Under the pieces are notes generated by a model. That model ran no database searches. It was not told the origin of the DNA and worked only from the letters and a program-made list of their open reading frames with translations. 64,000 bases of DNA, taken from assembly GCF_009914755.1 (NCBI RefSeq), contig NC_060925.1; one strand, 5' to 3'. Shown here piece by piece: positions 1 through 11,800 of this stretch. A program made the translations under genes and the position numbers. Numbering within the stretch: the stretch's first letter is position 1; every line of letters starts with the position of its first letter. Source of the stretch: the human T2T-CHM13v2.0 reference genome, Homo sapiens.

Positions 1-61
1 AATGAAATCCAGTGTGATCATCATCGAATGGACCCGAATGGAATCATCATCCAACGGAAGC

Positions 62-72
62 TAATGGAATCA
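62..72 (+). promoter_or_regulatory. Match to DUX4 double-homeodomain consensus TAAYBBAATCA (TAATGGAATCA); about two per unit, second at 905-915
   Basis: Motif read directly in the sequence. DUX4 binding and activation of HSATII is established for the family, but occupancy of these copies is not shown. Confidence 0.45.
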
Positions 73-769
73 ACATCGAATGAATCGAATGGAAACACCA
101 TCGAATTGAAACGAATGGAATTATCATGAAATTGAAATGGATGGACTCATCATCGAATGGATTCGAATGGAATCATCGAATAAAATTGATTGAAATCATC
201 ATCGAATGGAATCGAATGGTATCATTGAATGGAATCGAATGGAATCATCATCAGATGGAAATGAATGGAATCGTCATAGAATGGAATCGAATGGATTCAT
301 TGAATGGAATCAGATGGAATCATCGAATGGACTGGAATGGAATCATTGAATGGACTCGAAAGGGATCATGATTGAATGGAATTGAATGGAATCATTGAAT
401 GGTCTCGATTGGAATCATTATCAAATGGAATGGAATGGAATCACCGAATAGAATCGAATGGAACAATCATCGAATGGACTCAAATGGAATTATCCTCAAA
501 TGGAATCGAATGGAATTATCGAATGCAATCGAATGGAATTATCGAATGCAATCGAATAGAATCATCGAATGGACTCGAATGGAATCATCGAATGGAATGG
601 AATGGAACAGTCAATGAACTCGAATGGAATCATCATTGAATGGAATCGAATGGAATCATCGAGTGGAATCGAATGGAATTATGATCAAATGGAATCGAAT
701 GTAATCCTCATCAAATGGAATCAAAAATAACCATCATCAATTGGTATTGAATGGAATTGTCATCAACTG

Positions 770-775
770 GAATTC
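770..775. other. EcoRI site GAATTC, once per unit (first instance)
   Basis: GGAATTCAAAGG occurs once in each unit inspected, which accounts for unit-length EcoRI fragments. Confidence 0.85.
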
Positions 776-3060
776 AAAGGAATCATCATCAAATGGAACC
801 GAATGGAATCCTCATTGAATGGAAATGAAAGGGGTCATCATCTAATGGAATCGCATGGAATCATCAAAAAATGGAATCGAATGGAATCATCATCAAATGG
901 AATCTAATGGAATCATTGAACAGAATTGAATGGAATCGTCATCGAATGAATTGAATGCAATCATCGAATGGTCTCGAATGGAATCATCTTCTAATGGAAA
1001 GGAATGGAATCATCGCATAGAATCGAATGGAATTATCATCGAATGGAATCGAATGGTATCAACACCAAACGGAAAAAAACGGAATTATCGAATGGAATCG
1101 AAGAGAATCTTCGAACGGACCCGAATGGAATCATCTAATGGAATGGAATGGAATAATCCATGGACTCGAATGCAATCATCATCGAATGGAATGGAATGGA
1201 ATCATCGAATGGACTCGAATGGAATAATCATTGAACGGAATCGAATGGAATCATCATCGGATGGAAACGAATGGAATCATCATCGAATGGAAATGAAAGG
1301 AGTCATCATCTAATGGAATTGCATGGAATCATCATAAAATGGAATCGAATGGAATCAACATCAAATGGAATCAAATGGAATCATTGAACGCAATTGAATG
1401 GAATCGTCATCGAATGAATTGACTGCAATCATCGAATGGTCTCGAATGGAATCATCTTCTAATGGAAAGGAATGGAATCATCGCATAGAATCGAATGGAA
1501 TTATCATCGAATGGAATCGAATGGTATCAACACCAAACGGAAAAAAACGGAATTATCGAATGGAATCGAAGAGAATCTTCGAACGGACCCGAATGGAATC
1601 ATCTAATGGAATGGAATGGAATAATCCATGGACTCGAATGCAATCATCATCGAATGGAATGGAATGGAATCATCGAATGGACTCGAATGGAATAATCATT
1701 GAACGGAATCGAATGGAATCATCATCGGATGGAAACGAATGGAATCATCATCGAATGGAAATGAAAGGAGTCATCATCTAATGGAATTGCATGGAATCAT
1801 CATAAAATGGAATCGAATGGAATCAACATCAAATGGAATCAAATGGAATCATTGAACGGAATTGAATGGAATCGTCATCGAATGAATTGACTGCAATCAT
1901 CGAATGGTCTCGAATGGAATCATCTTCAAATGGAATGGAATGGAATCATCGCATAGAATCGAATGGAATTATCATCGAATGGAATCGAATGGAATCAACA
2001 TCAAACGGAAAAAAACAGAATTATCGTATGGAATCGAAGAGAATCATCGAATGGACCCGAATGGAATCATCTAATGGAATGGAATGGAATAATCCATGGA
2101 CTCGAATGCAATCATCATCGAATGGAATCGAATGGAATCATCGAATGGACTCGAATGGAATAATCATTGAACGGAATCGAATGGAATCATCATCGGATGG
2201 AAATGAATGGAATCATCATCGAATGGAATCGAATAGAATTATGGAATGAAATCCAGTGTGATCATCATCGAATGGACCCGAATGGAATCATCATCCAACG
2301 GAAGCTAATGGAATCAACATCGAATGAATCGAATGGAAACACCATCGAATTGAAACGAATGGAATTATCATGAAATTGAAATGGATGGACTCATCATCGA
2401 ATGGATTCGAATGGAATCATCGAATAAAATTGATTGAAATCATCATCAAATGGAATCGAATGGTATCATTGAATGGAATCGAATGGAATCATCATCAGAT
2501 GGAAATGAATGGAATCGTCATAGAATGGAATCGAATGGATTCATTGAATGGAATCAGATGGAATCATCGAATGGACTGGAATGGAATCATTGAATGGACT
2601 CGAAAGGGATCATTATTGAATGGAATTGAATGGAATCATCGAATGGTCTCGATTGGAATCATTACCAAATGGAATCGAATGGAATCACCGAATAGAATCG
2701 AATGGAACAATCATCGAATGGACTCAAATGGAATTATCCTCAAATGGAATCGAATGGAATTATCGAATGCAATCGAATGGAATTATCGAATGCAATCGAA
2801 TAGAATCATCGAAAGGACTCGAATGGAATCATCGAATGGAATGGAATGGAACAGTCAATGAACTCGAATGGAATCATCATTGAATGGAATCGAATGGAAT
2901 CATCGAGTGGAATCGAATGGAATTATGATCAAATGGAATCGAATGTAATCATCATCAAATGGAATCAAAAATAACCATCATCAATTGGTATTGAATGGAA
3001 TTGTCATCAAATGGAATTCAAAGGAATCATCATCAAATGGAACCGAATGGAATCCTCATT

Positions 3061-3996
3061 GAATGGAAATGAAAGGGGTCATCATCTAATGGAATCGCAT
3101 GGAATCATCATCAAATGGAATCGAATGGAATCATCATCAAATGGAATCTAATGGAATCATTGAACAGAATTGAATGGAATCGTCATCGAATGAATTGAAT
3201 GCAATCATCGAATGGTCTCGAATGGAATCATCTTCTAATGGAAAGGAATGGAATCATCGCATAGAATCGAATGGAATTATCATCGAATGGAATCGAATGG
3301 TATCAACACCAAACGGAAAAAAACGGAATTATCGAATGGAATCGAAGAGAATCTTCGAACGGACCCGAATGGAATCATCTAATGGAATGGAATGGAATAA
3401 TCCATGGACTCGAATGCAATCATCATCGAATGGAATGGAATGGAATCATCGAATGGACTCGAATGGAATAATCATTGAACGGAATCGAATGGAATCATCA
3501 TCGGATGGAAACGAATGGAATCATCATCGAATGGAAATGAAAGGAGTCATCATCTAATGGAATTGCATGGAATCATCATAAAATGGAATCGAATGGAATC
3601 AACATCAAATGGAATCAAATGGAATCATTGAACGGAATTGAATGGAATCGTCATCGAATGAATTGACTGCAATCATCGAATGGTCTCGAATGGAATCATC
3701 TTCAAATGGAATGGAATGGAATCATCGCATAGAATCGAATGGAATTATCATCGAATGGAATCGAATGGAATCAACATCAAACGGAAAAAAACAGAATTAT
3801 CGTATGGAATCGAAGAGAATCATCGAATGGACCCGAATGGAATCATCTAATGGAATGGAATGGAATAATCCATGGACTCGAATGCAATCATCATCGAATG
3901 GAATCGAATGGAATCATCGAATGGACTCGAATGGAATAATCATTGAACGGAATCGAATGGAATCATCATCGGATGGAAATGAATGGAATCATCATC
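3061..3996 (+). repeat. Internal 468-bp direct duplication (A and B subunits) present in each standard unit; example from unit 2
   Basis: A starts GAATGGAAATGAAAGGGGTC (3061) and B starts GAATGGAAATGAAAGGAGTC (3529). Paired artefact ORFs at 3174 and 3642 are 468 apart. Diagnostic A/B differences: gaacAg/gaacGg, ttgaAtgc/ttgaCtgc, ttcTaatggaaAgg/ttcAaatggaaTgg, ggTatcaacaCc/ggAatcaacaTc, atcTtcgaaC/atcAtcgaaT. Boundaries approximate. Confidence 0.93.
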
Positions 3997-5806
3997 GAAT
4001 GGAATCGAATAGAATTATGGAATGAAATCCAGTGTGATCATCATCGAATGGACCCGAATGGAATCATCATCCAACGGAAGCTAATGGAATCAACATCGAA
4101 TGAATCGAATGGAAACACCATCGAATTGAAACGAATGGAATTATCATGAAATTGAAATGGATGGACTCATCATCGAATGGATTCGAATGGAATCATCGAA
4201 TAAAATTGATTGAAATCATCATCCAATGGAATCGAATGGTATCATTGAATGGAATCGAATGGAATCATCATCAGATGGAAATGAATGGAATCGTCATAGA
4301 ATGGAATCGAATGGATTCATTGAATGGAATCAGATGGAATCATCGAATGGACTGGAATGGAATCATTGAATGGACTCGAAAGGGATCATTATTGAATGGA
4401 ATTGAATGGAATCATCGAATGGTCTCGATTGGAATCATTATCAAATGGAATCGAATGGAATCACCGAATAGAATCGAATGGAACAATCATCGAATGGACT
4501 CAAATGGAATTATCCTCAAATGGAATCGAATGGAATTATCGAATGCAATCGAATGGAATTATCGAATGCAATCGAATAGAATCATCGAAAGGACTCGAAT
4601 GGAATCATCGAATGGAATGGAATGGAACAGTCAATGAACTCGAATGGAATCATCATTGAATGGAATCGAATGGAATCATCGAGTGGAATCGAATGGAATT
4701 ATGATCAAATGGAATCGAATGTAATCATCATCAAATGGAATCAAAAATAACCATCATCAATTGGTATTGAATGGAATTGTCATCAAATGGAATTCAAAGG
4801 AATCATCATCAAATGGAACCGAATGGAATCCTCATTGAATGGAAATGAAAGGGGTCATCATCTAACGGAATCGCATGGAATCATCATCAAATGGAATCTA
4901 ATGGAATCATTGAACAGAATTGAATGGAATCGTCATCGAATGAATTGAATGCAATCATCGAATGGTCTCGAATGGAATCATCTTCTAATGGAAAGGAATG
5001 GAATCATCGCATAGAATCGAATGGAATTATCATCGAATGGAATCGAATGGTATCAACACCAAACGGAAAAAAACGGAATTATCGAATGGAATCGAAGAGA
5101 ATCTTCGAACGGACCCGAATGGAATCATCTAATGGAATGGAATGGAATAATCCATGGACTCGAATGCAATCATCATCGAATGGAATGGAATGGAATCATC
5201 GAATGGACTCGAATGGAATAATCATTGAACGGAATCGAATGGAATCATCATCGGATGGAAACGAATGGAATCATCATCGAATGGAAATGAAAGGAGTCAT
5301 CATCTAATGGAATTGCATGGAATCATCATCAAATGGAATCGAATGGAATCAACATCAAATGGAATCAAATGGAATCATTGAACGGAATTGAATGGAATCG
5401 TCATCGAATGAATTGACTGCAATCATCGAATGGTCTCGAATGGAATCATCTTCAAATGGAATGGAATGGAATCATCGCATAGAATCGAATGGAATTATCA
5501 TCGAATGGAATCGAATGGAATCAACATCAAACGGAAAAAAACGGAATTATCGAATGGAATCGAAGAGAATCATCGAATGGACCCGAATGGAATCATCTAA
5601 TGGAATGGAATGGAATAATCCATGGACTCGAATGCAATCATCATCGAATGGAATCGAATGGAATCATCGAATGGACTCGAATGGAATAATCATTGAACGG
5701 AATCGAATGGAATCATCATCGGATGGAAATGAATGGAATCATCATCGAATGGAATCGAATAGAATTATGGAATGAAATCCAGTGTGATCATCATCGAATG
5801 GACCCG

Positions 5807-8800
5807 AATGGAATCATCATCCAACGGAAGCTAATGGAATCAACATCGAATGAATCGAATGGAAACACCATCGAATTGAAACGAATGGAATTATCATGAA
5901 ATTGAAATGGATGGACTCATCATCGAATGGATTCGAATGGAATCATCGAATAAAATTGATTGAAATCATCATCCAATGGAATCGAATGGTATCATTGAAT
6001 GGAATCGAATGGAATCATCATCAGATGGAAATGAATGGAATCGTCATAGAATGGAATCGAATGGATTCATTGAATGGAATCAGATGGAATCATCGAATGG
6101 ACTGGAATGGAATCATTGAATGGACTCGAAAGGGATCATGATTGAATGGAATTGAATGGAATCATCGAATGGTCTCGATTGGAATCATTATCAAATGGAA
6201 TCGAATGGAATCACCGAATAGAATCGAATGGAACAATCATCGAATGGACTCAAATGGAATTATCCTCAAATGGAATCGAATGGAATTATCGAATGCAATC
6301 GAATGGAATTATCGAATGCAATCGAATAGAATCATCGAAAGGACTCGAATGGAATCATCGAATGGAATGGAATGGAACAGTCAATGAACTCGAATGGAAT
6401 CATCATTGAATGGAATCGAATGGAATCATCGAGTGGAATCGAATGGAATTATGATCAAATGGAATCGAATGTAATCATCATCAAATGGAATCAAAAATAA
6501 CCATCATCAATTGGTATTGAATGGAATTGTCATCAAATGGAATTCAAAGGAATCATCATCAAATGGAACCGAATGGAATCCTCATTGAATGGAAATGAAA
6601 GGGGTCATCATCTAATGGAATCGCATGGAATCATCATCAAATGGAATCGAATGGAATCATCATCAAATGGAATCAAATGGAATTATTGAACAGAATTGAA
6701 TGGAATCGTCATCGAATGAATTGAACGCAATCATCGAATGGTCTCGAATGGAATCATCTTCTACTGGAAAGGAATGGAATCATCGCATAGAATCGAATGG
6801 AATTATCATCGAATGGAATCGAATGGTATCAACACCAAACGGAAAAAAACGGAATTATCGAATGGAATCGAAGAGAATCTTCGAACGGACCCGAATGGAA
6901 TCATCTAATGGAATAGAATGGAATAATCCATGGACTCGAATGCAATCATCATCGAATGGAATGGAATGGAATCATCGAATGGACTCGAATGGAATAATCA
7001 TTGAACGGAATCGAATGGAATCATCATCGGATGGAAACGAATGGAATCATCATCGAATGGAAATGAAAGGAGTCATCATCTAATGGAATTGCATGGAATC
7101 ATCATAAAATGGAATCGAATGGAATCAACATCAAATGGAATCAAATGGAATCATTGAACGGAATTGAATGGAATCGTCATCGAATGAATTGAATGCAATC
7201 ATCGAATGGTCTCGAATGGAATCATCTTCAAATGGAATGGAATGGAATCATCGCATAGAATCGAATGGAATTATCATCGAATGGAATCGAATGGAATCAA
7301 CATCAAACGGAAAAAAACGGAATTATCGAATGTAATCGAAGAGAATCATCGAATGGACCCGAATGGAATCATCTAATGGAATGGAATGGAATAATCCATG
7401 GACTCGAATGCAATCATCATCGAATGGAATCGAATGGAATCATCGAATGGACTCGAATGGAATAATCATTGAACGGAATCGAATGGAATCATCATCGGAT
7501 GGAAATGAATGGAATCATCATCGAATGGAATCGAATAGAATTATGGAATGAAATCCAGTGTGATCATCATCGAATGGACCCGAATGGAATCATCATCCAA
7601 CGGAAGCTAATGGAATCAACATCGAATGAATCGAATGGAAACACCATCGAATTGAAACGAATGGAATTATCATGAAATTGAAATGGATGGACTCATCATC
7701 GAATGGATTCGAATGGAATCATCGAATAAAATTGATTGAAATCATCATCCAATGGAATCGAATGGAATCATCATCAGATGGAAATGAATGGAATCGTCAT
7801 AGAATGGAATCGAATGGATTCATTGAATGGAATCAGATGGAATCATCGAATGGACTGGAATGGAATCATTGAATGGACTCGAAAGGGATCATGATTGAAT
7901 GGAATTGAATGGAATCATCGAATGGTCTCGATTGGAATCATTATCAAATGGAATCGAATGGAATCACCGAATAGAATCGAATGGAACAATCATCGAATGG
8001 ACTCAAATGGAATTATCCTCCAATGGAATCGAATGGAATTATCGAATGCAATCGAATGGAATTATCGAATGCAATCGAATAGAATCATCGAATGGACTCG
8101 AATGGAATCATCGAATGGAATGGAATGGAACAGTCAATGAACTCGAATGGAATCATCATTGAATGGAATCGAATGGAATCATCGAGTGGAATCGAATGGA
8201 ATTATGATCAAATGGAATCGAATGTAATCATCATCAAATGGAATCAAAAATAACCATCATCAATTGGTATTGAATGGAATTGTCATCAAATGGAATTCAA
8301 AGGAATCATCATCAAATGGAACCGAATGGAATCCTCATTGAATGGAAATGAAAGGGGTCATCATCTAATGGAATCGCATGGAATCATCATCAAATGGAAT
8401 CGAATGGAATCATCATCAAATGGAATCTAATGGAATCATTGAACAGAATTGAATGGAATCGTCATCGAATGAATTGAATGCAATCATCGAATGGTCTCGA
8501 ATGGAATCATCTTCTAATGGAAAGGAATGGAATCATCGCATAGAATCGAATGGAATTATCATCGAATGGAATCGAATGGTATCAACACCAAACGGAAAAA
8601 AACGGAATTATCGAATGGAATCGAAGAGAATCTTCGAACGGACCCGAATGGAATCATCTAATGGAATGGAATGGAATAATCCATGGACTCGAATGCAATC
8701 ATCATCGAATGGAATCGAATGGAATCATCGAATGGACTCGAATGGAATAATCATTGAACGGAATCGAATGGAATCATCATCGGATGGAAACGAATGGAAT

Positions 8801-11800
8801 CATCATCGAATGGAAATGAAAGGAGTCATCATCTAATGGAATTGCATGGAATCATCATAAAATGGAATCGAATGGAATCAACATCAAATGGAATCAAATG
8901 GAATCATTGAACGGAATTGAATGGAATCGTCATCGAATGAATTGTCTGCAATCATCGAATGGTCTCGAATGGAATCATCTTCAAATGGAATGGAATGGAA
9001 TCATCGCATAGAATCGAATGGAATTATCATCGAATGGAATCGAATGGAATCAACATCAAACGGAAAAAAACGGAATTATCGAATGGAATCGAAGAGAATC
9101 ATCGAATGGACCCGAATGGAATCATCTAATGGAATGGAATGGAATAATCCATGGACCTCGAATGCAATCATCATCGAATGGAATCGAATGGAATCATCGA
9201 ATGGACTCGAATGGAATAATCATTGAACGGAATCGAATGGAATCATCATCGGATGGAAATGAATGGAATCATCATCGAATGGAATCGAATAGAATTATGG
9301 AATGAAATCCAGTGTGATCATCATCGAATGGACCCGAATGGAATCATCATCCAACGGAAGCTAATGGAATCAACATCGAATGAATCGAATGGAAACACCA
9401 TCGAATTGAAACGAATGGAATTATCATGAAATTGAAATGGATGGACTCATCATCGAATGGATTCGAATGGAATCATCGAATAAAATTGATTGAAATCATC
9501 ATCGAATGGAATCGAATGGTATCATTGAATGGAATCGAATGGAATCATCATCAGATGGAAATGAATGGAATCGTCATAGAATGGAATCGAATGGATTCAT
9601 TGAATGGAATCAGATGGAATCATCGAATGGACTGGAATGGAATCATTGAATGGACTCGAAAGGGATCATTATTGAATGGAATTGAATGGAATCATCGAAT
9701 GGTCTCGATTGGAATCATTATCAAATGGAATGGAATGGAATCACCGAATAGAATCGAATGGAACAATCATCGAATGGACTCAAATGGAATTATCCTCCAA
9801 TGGAATCGAATGGAATTATCGAATGCAATCGAATGGAATTATCGAATGCAATCGAATAGAATCATCGAATGGACTCGAATGGAATCATCGAATGGAATGG
9901 AATGGAACAGTCAATGAACTCGAATGGAATCATCATTGAATGGAATCGAATGGAATCATCGAGTGGAATCGAATGGAATTATGATCAAATGGAATCGAAT
10001 GTAATCCTCATCAAATGGAATCAAAAATAACCATCATCAATTGGTATTGAATGGAATTGTCATCAAATGGAATTCAAAGGAATCATCATCAAATGGAACC
10101 GAATGGAATCCTCATTGAATGGAAATGAAAGGGGTCATCATCTAATGGAATCGCATGGAATCATCAAAAAATGGAATCGAATGGAATCATCATCAAATGG
10201 AATCTAATGGAATCATTGAACAGAATTGAATGGAATCGTCATCGAATGAATTGAATGCAATCATCGAATGGTCTCGAATGGAATCATCTTCTAATGGAAA
10301 GGAATGGAATCATCGCATAGAATCGAATGGAATTATCATCGAATGGAATCGAATGGTATCAACACCAAACGGAAAAAAACGGAATTATCGAATGGAATCG
10401 AAGAGAATCTTCGAACGGACCCGAATGGAATCATCTAATGGAATGGAATGGAATAATCCATGGACTCGAATGCAATCATCATCGAATGGAATGGAATGGA
10501 ATCATCGAATGGACTCGAATGGAATAATCATTGAACGGAATCGAATGGAATCATGATCGGATGGAAACGAATGGAATCATCATCGAATGGAAATGAAAGG
10601 AGTCATCATCTAATGGAATTGCATGGAATCATCATAAAATGGAATCGAATGGAATCAACATCAAATGGAATCAAATGGAATCATTGAACGCAATTGAATG
10701 GAATCGTCATCGAATGAATTGACTGCAATCATCGAATGGTCTCGAATGGAATCATCTTCAAATGGAATGGAATGGAATCATCGCATAGAATCGAATGGAA
10801 TTATCATCGAACGGAATCGAATGGAATCAACATCAAACGGAAAAAAACGGAATTATCGAATGGAATCGAAGAGAATCATCGAATGGACCCGAATGGAATC
10901 ATCTAATGGAATGGAATGGAATAATCCATGGACTCGAATGCAATCATCATCGAATGGAATCGAATGGAATCATCGAATGGACTCGAATGGAATAATCATT
11001 GAACGGAATCGAATGGAATCATCATTGGATGGAAATGAATGGAATCATCATCGAATGGAATCGAATAGAATTATGGAATGAAATCCAGTGTGATCATCAT
11101 CGAATGGACCCGAATGGAATCATCATCCAACGGAAGCTAATGGAATCAACATCGAATGAATCGAATGGAAACACCATCGAATTGAAACGAATGGAATTAT
11201 CATGAAATTGAAATGGATGGACTCATCATCGAATGGATTCGAATGGAATCATCGAATAAAATTGATTGAAATCATCATCGAATGGAATCGAATGGTATCA
11301 TTGAATGGAATCGAATGGAATCATCATCAGATGGAAATGAATGGAATCGTCATAGAATGGAATCGAATGGATTCATTGAATGGAATCAGATGGAATCATC
11401 GAATGGACTGGAATGGAATCATTGAATGGACTCGAAAGGGATCATGATTGAATGGAATTGAATGGAATCATCGAATGGTCTCGATTGGAATCATTATCAA
11501 ATGGAATGGAATGGAATCACCGAATAGAATCGAATGGAACAATCATCGAATGGACTCAAATGGAATTATCCTCAAATGGAATCGAATGGAATTATCGAAT
11601 GCAATCGAATGGAATTATCGAATGCAATCGAATAGAATCATCGAATGGACTCGAATGGAATCATCGAATGGAATGGAATGGAACAGTCAATGAACTCGAA
11701 TGGAATCATCATTGAATGGAATCGAATGGAATCATCGAGTGGAATCGAATGGAATTATGATCAAATGGAATCGAATGTAATCCTCATCAAATGGAATCAA

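Larger units (their letters stand above)
1..2244 (+). repeat. Expanded 2244-bp unit with three 468-bp subunits
   Basis: Subunit ORF landmarks at 930, 1398 and 1866; 1776+468=2244. Confidence 0.95.

Noticed and set aside
590-606. Short (GGAAT)3 runs suggesting HSat3
   Set aside because: Pure pentamer runs are at most about three copies; the dominant CATCATCGAATG motif and 1776-bp unit indicate HSat2.
2370-2861. 163-aa versus 81-aa ORF dimorphism suggesting regulated readthrough or phase variation
   Set aside because: It results from one T/G SNV (catTattg versus catGattg) segregating among satellite units, with no evidence of translation.
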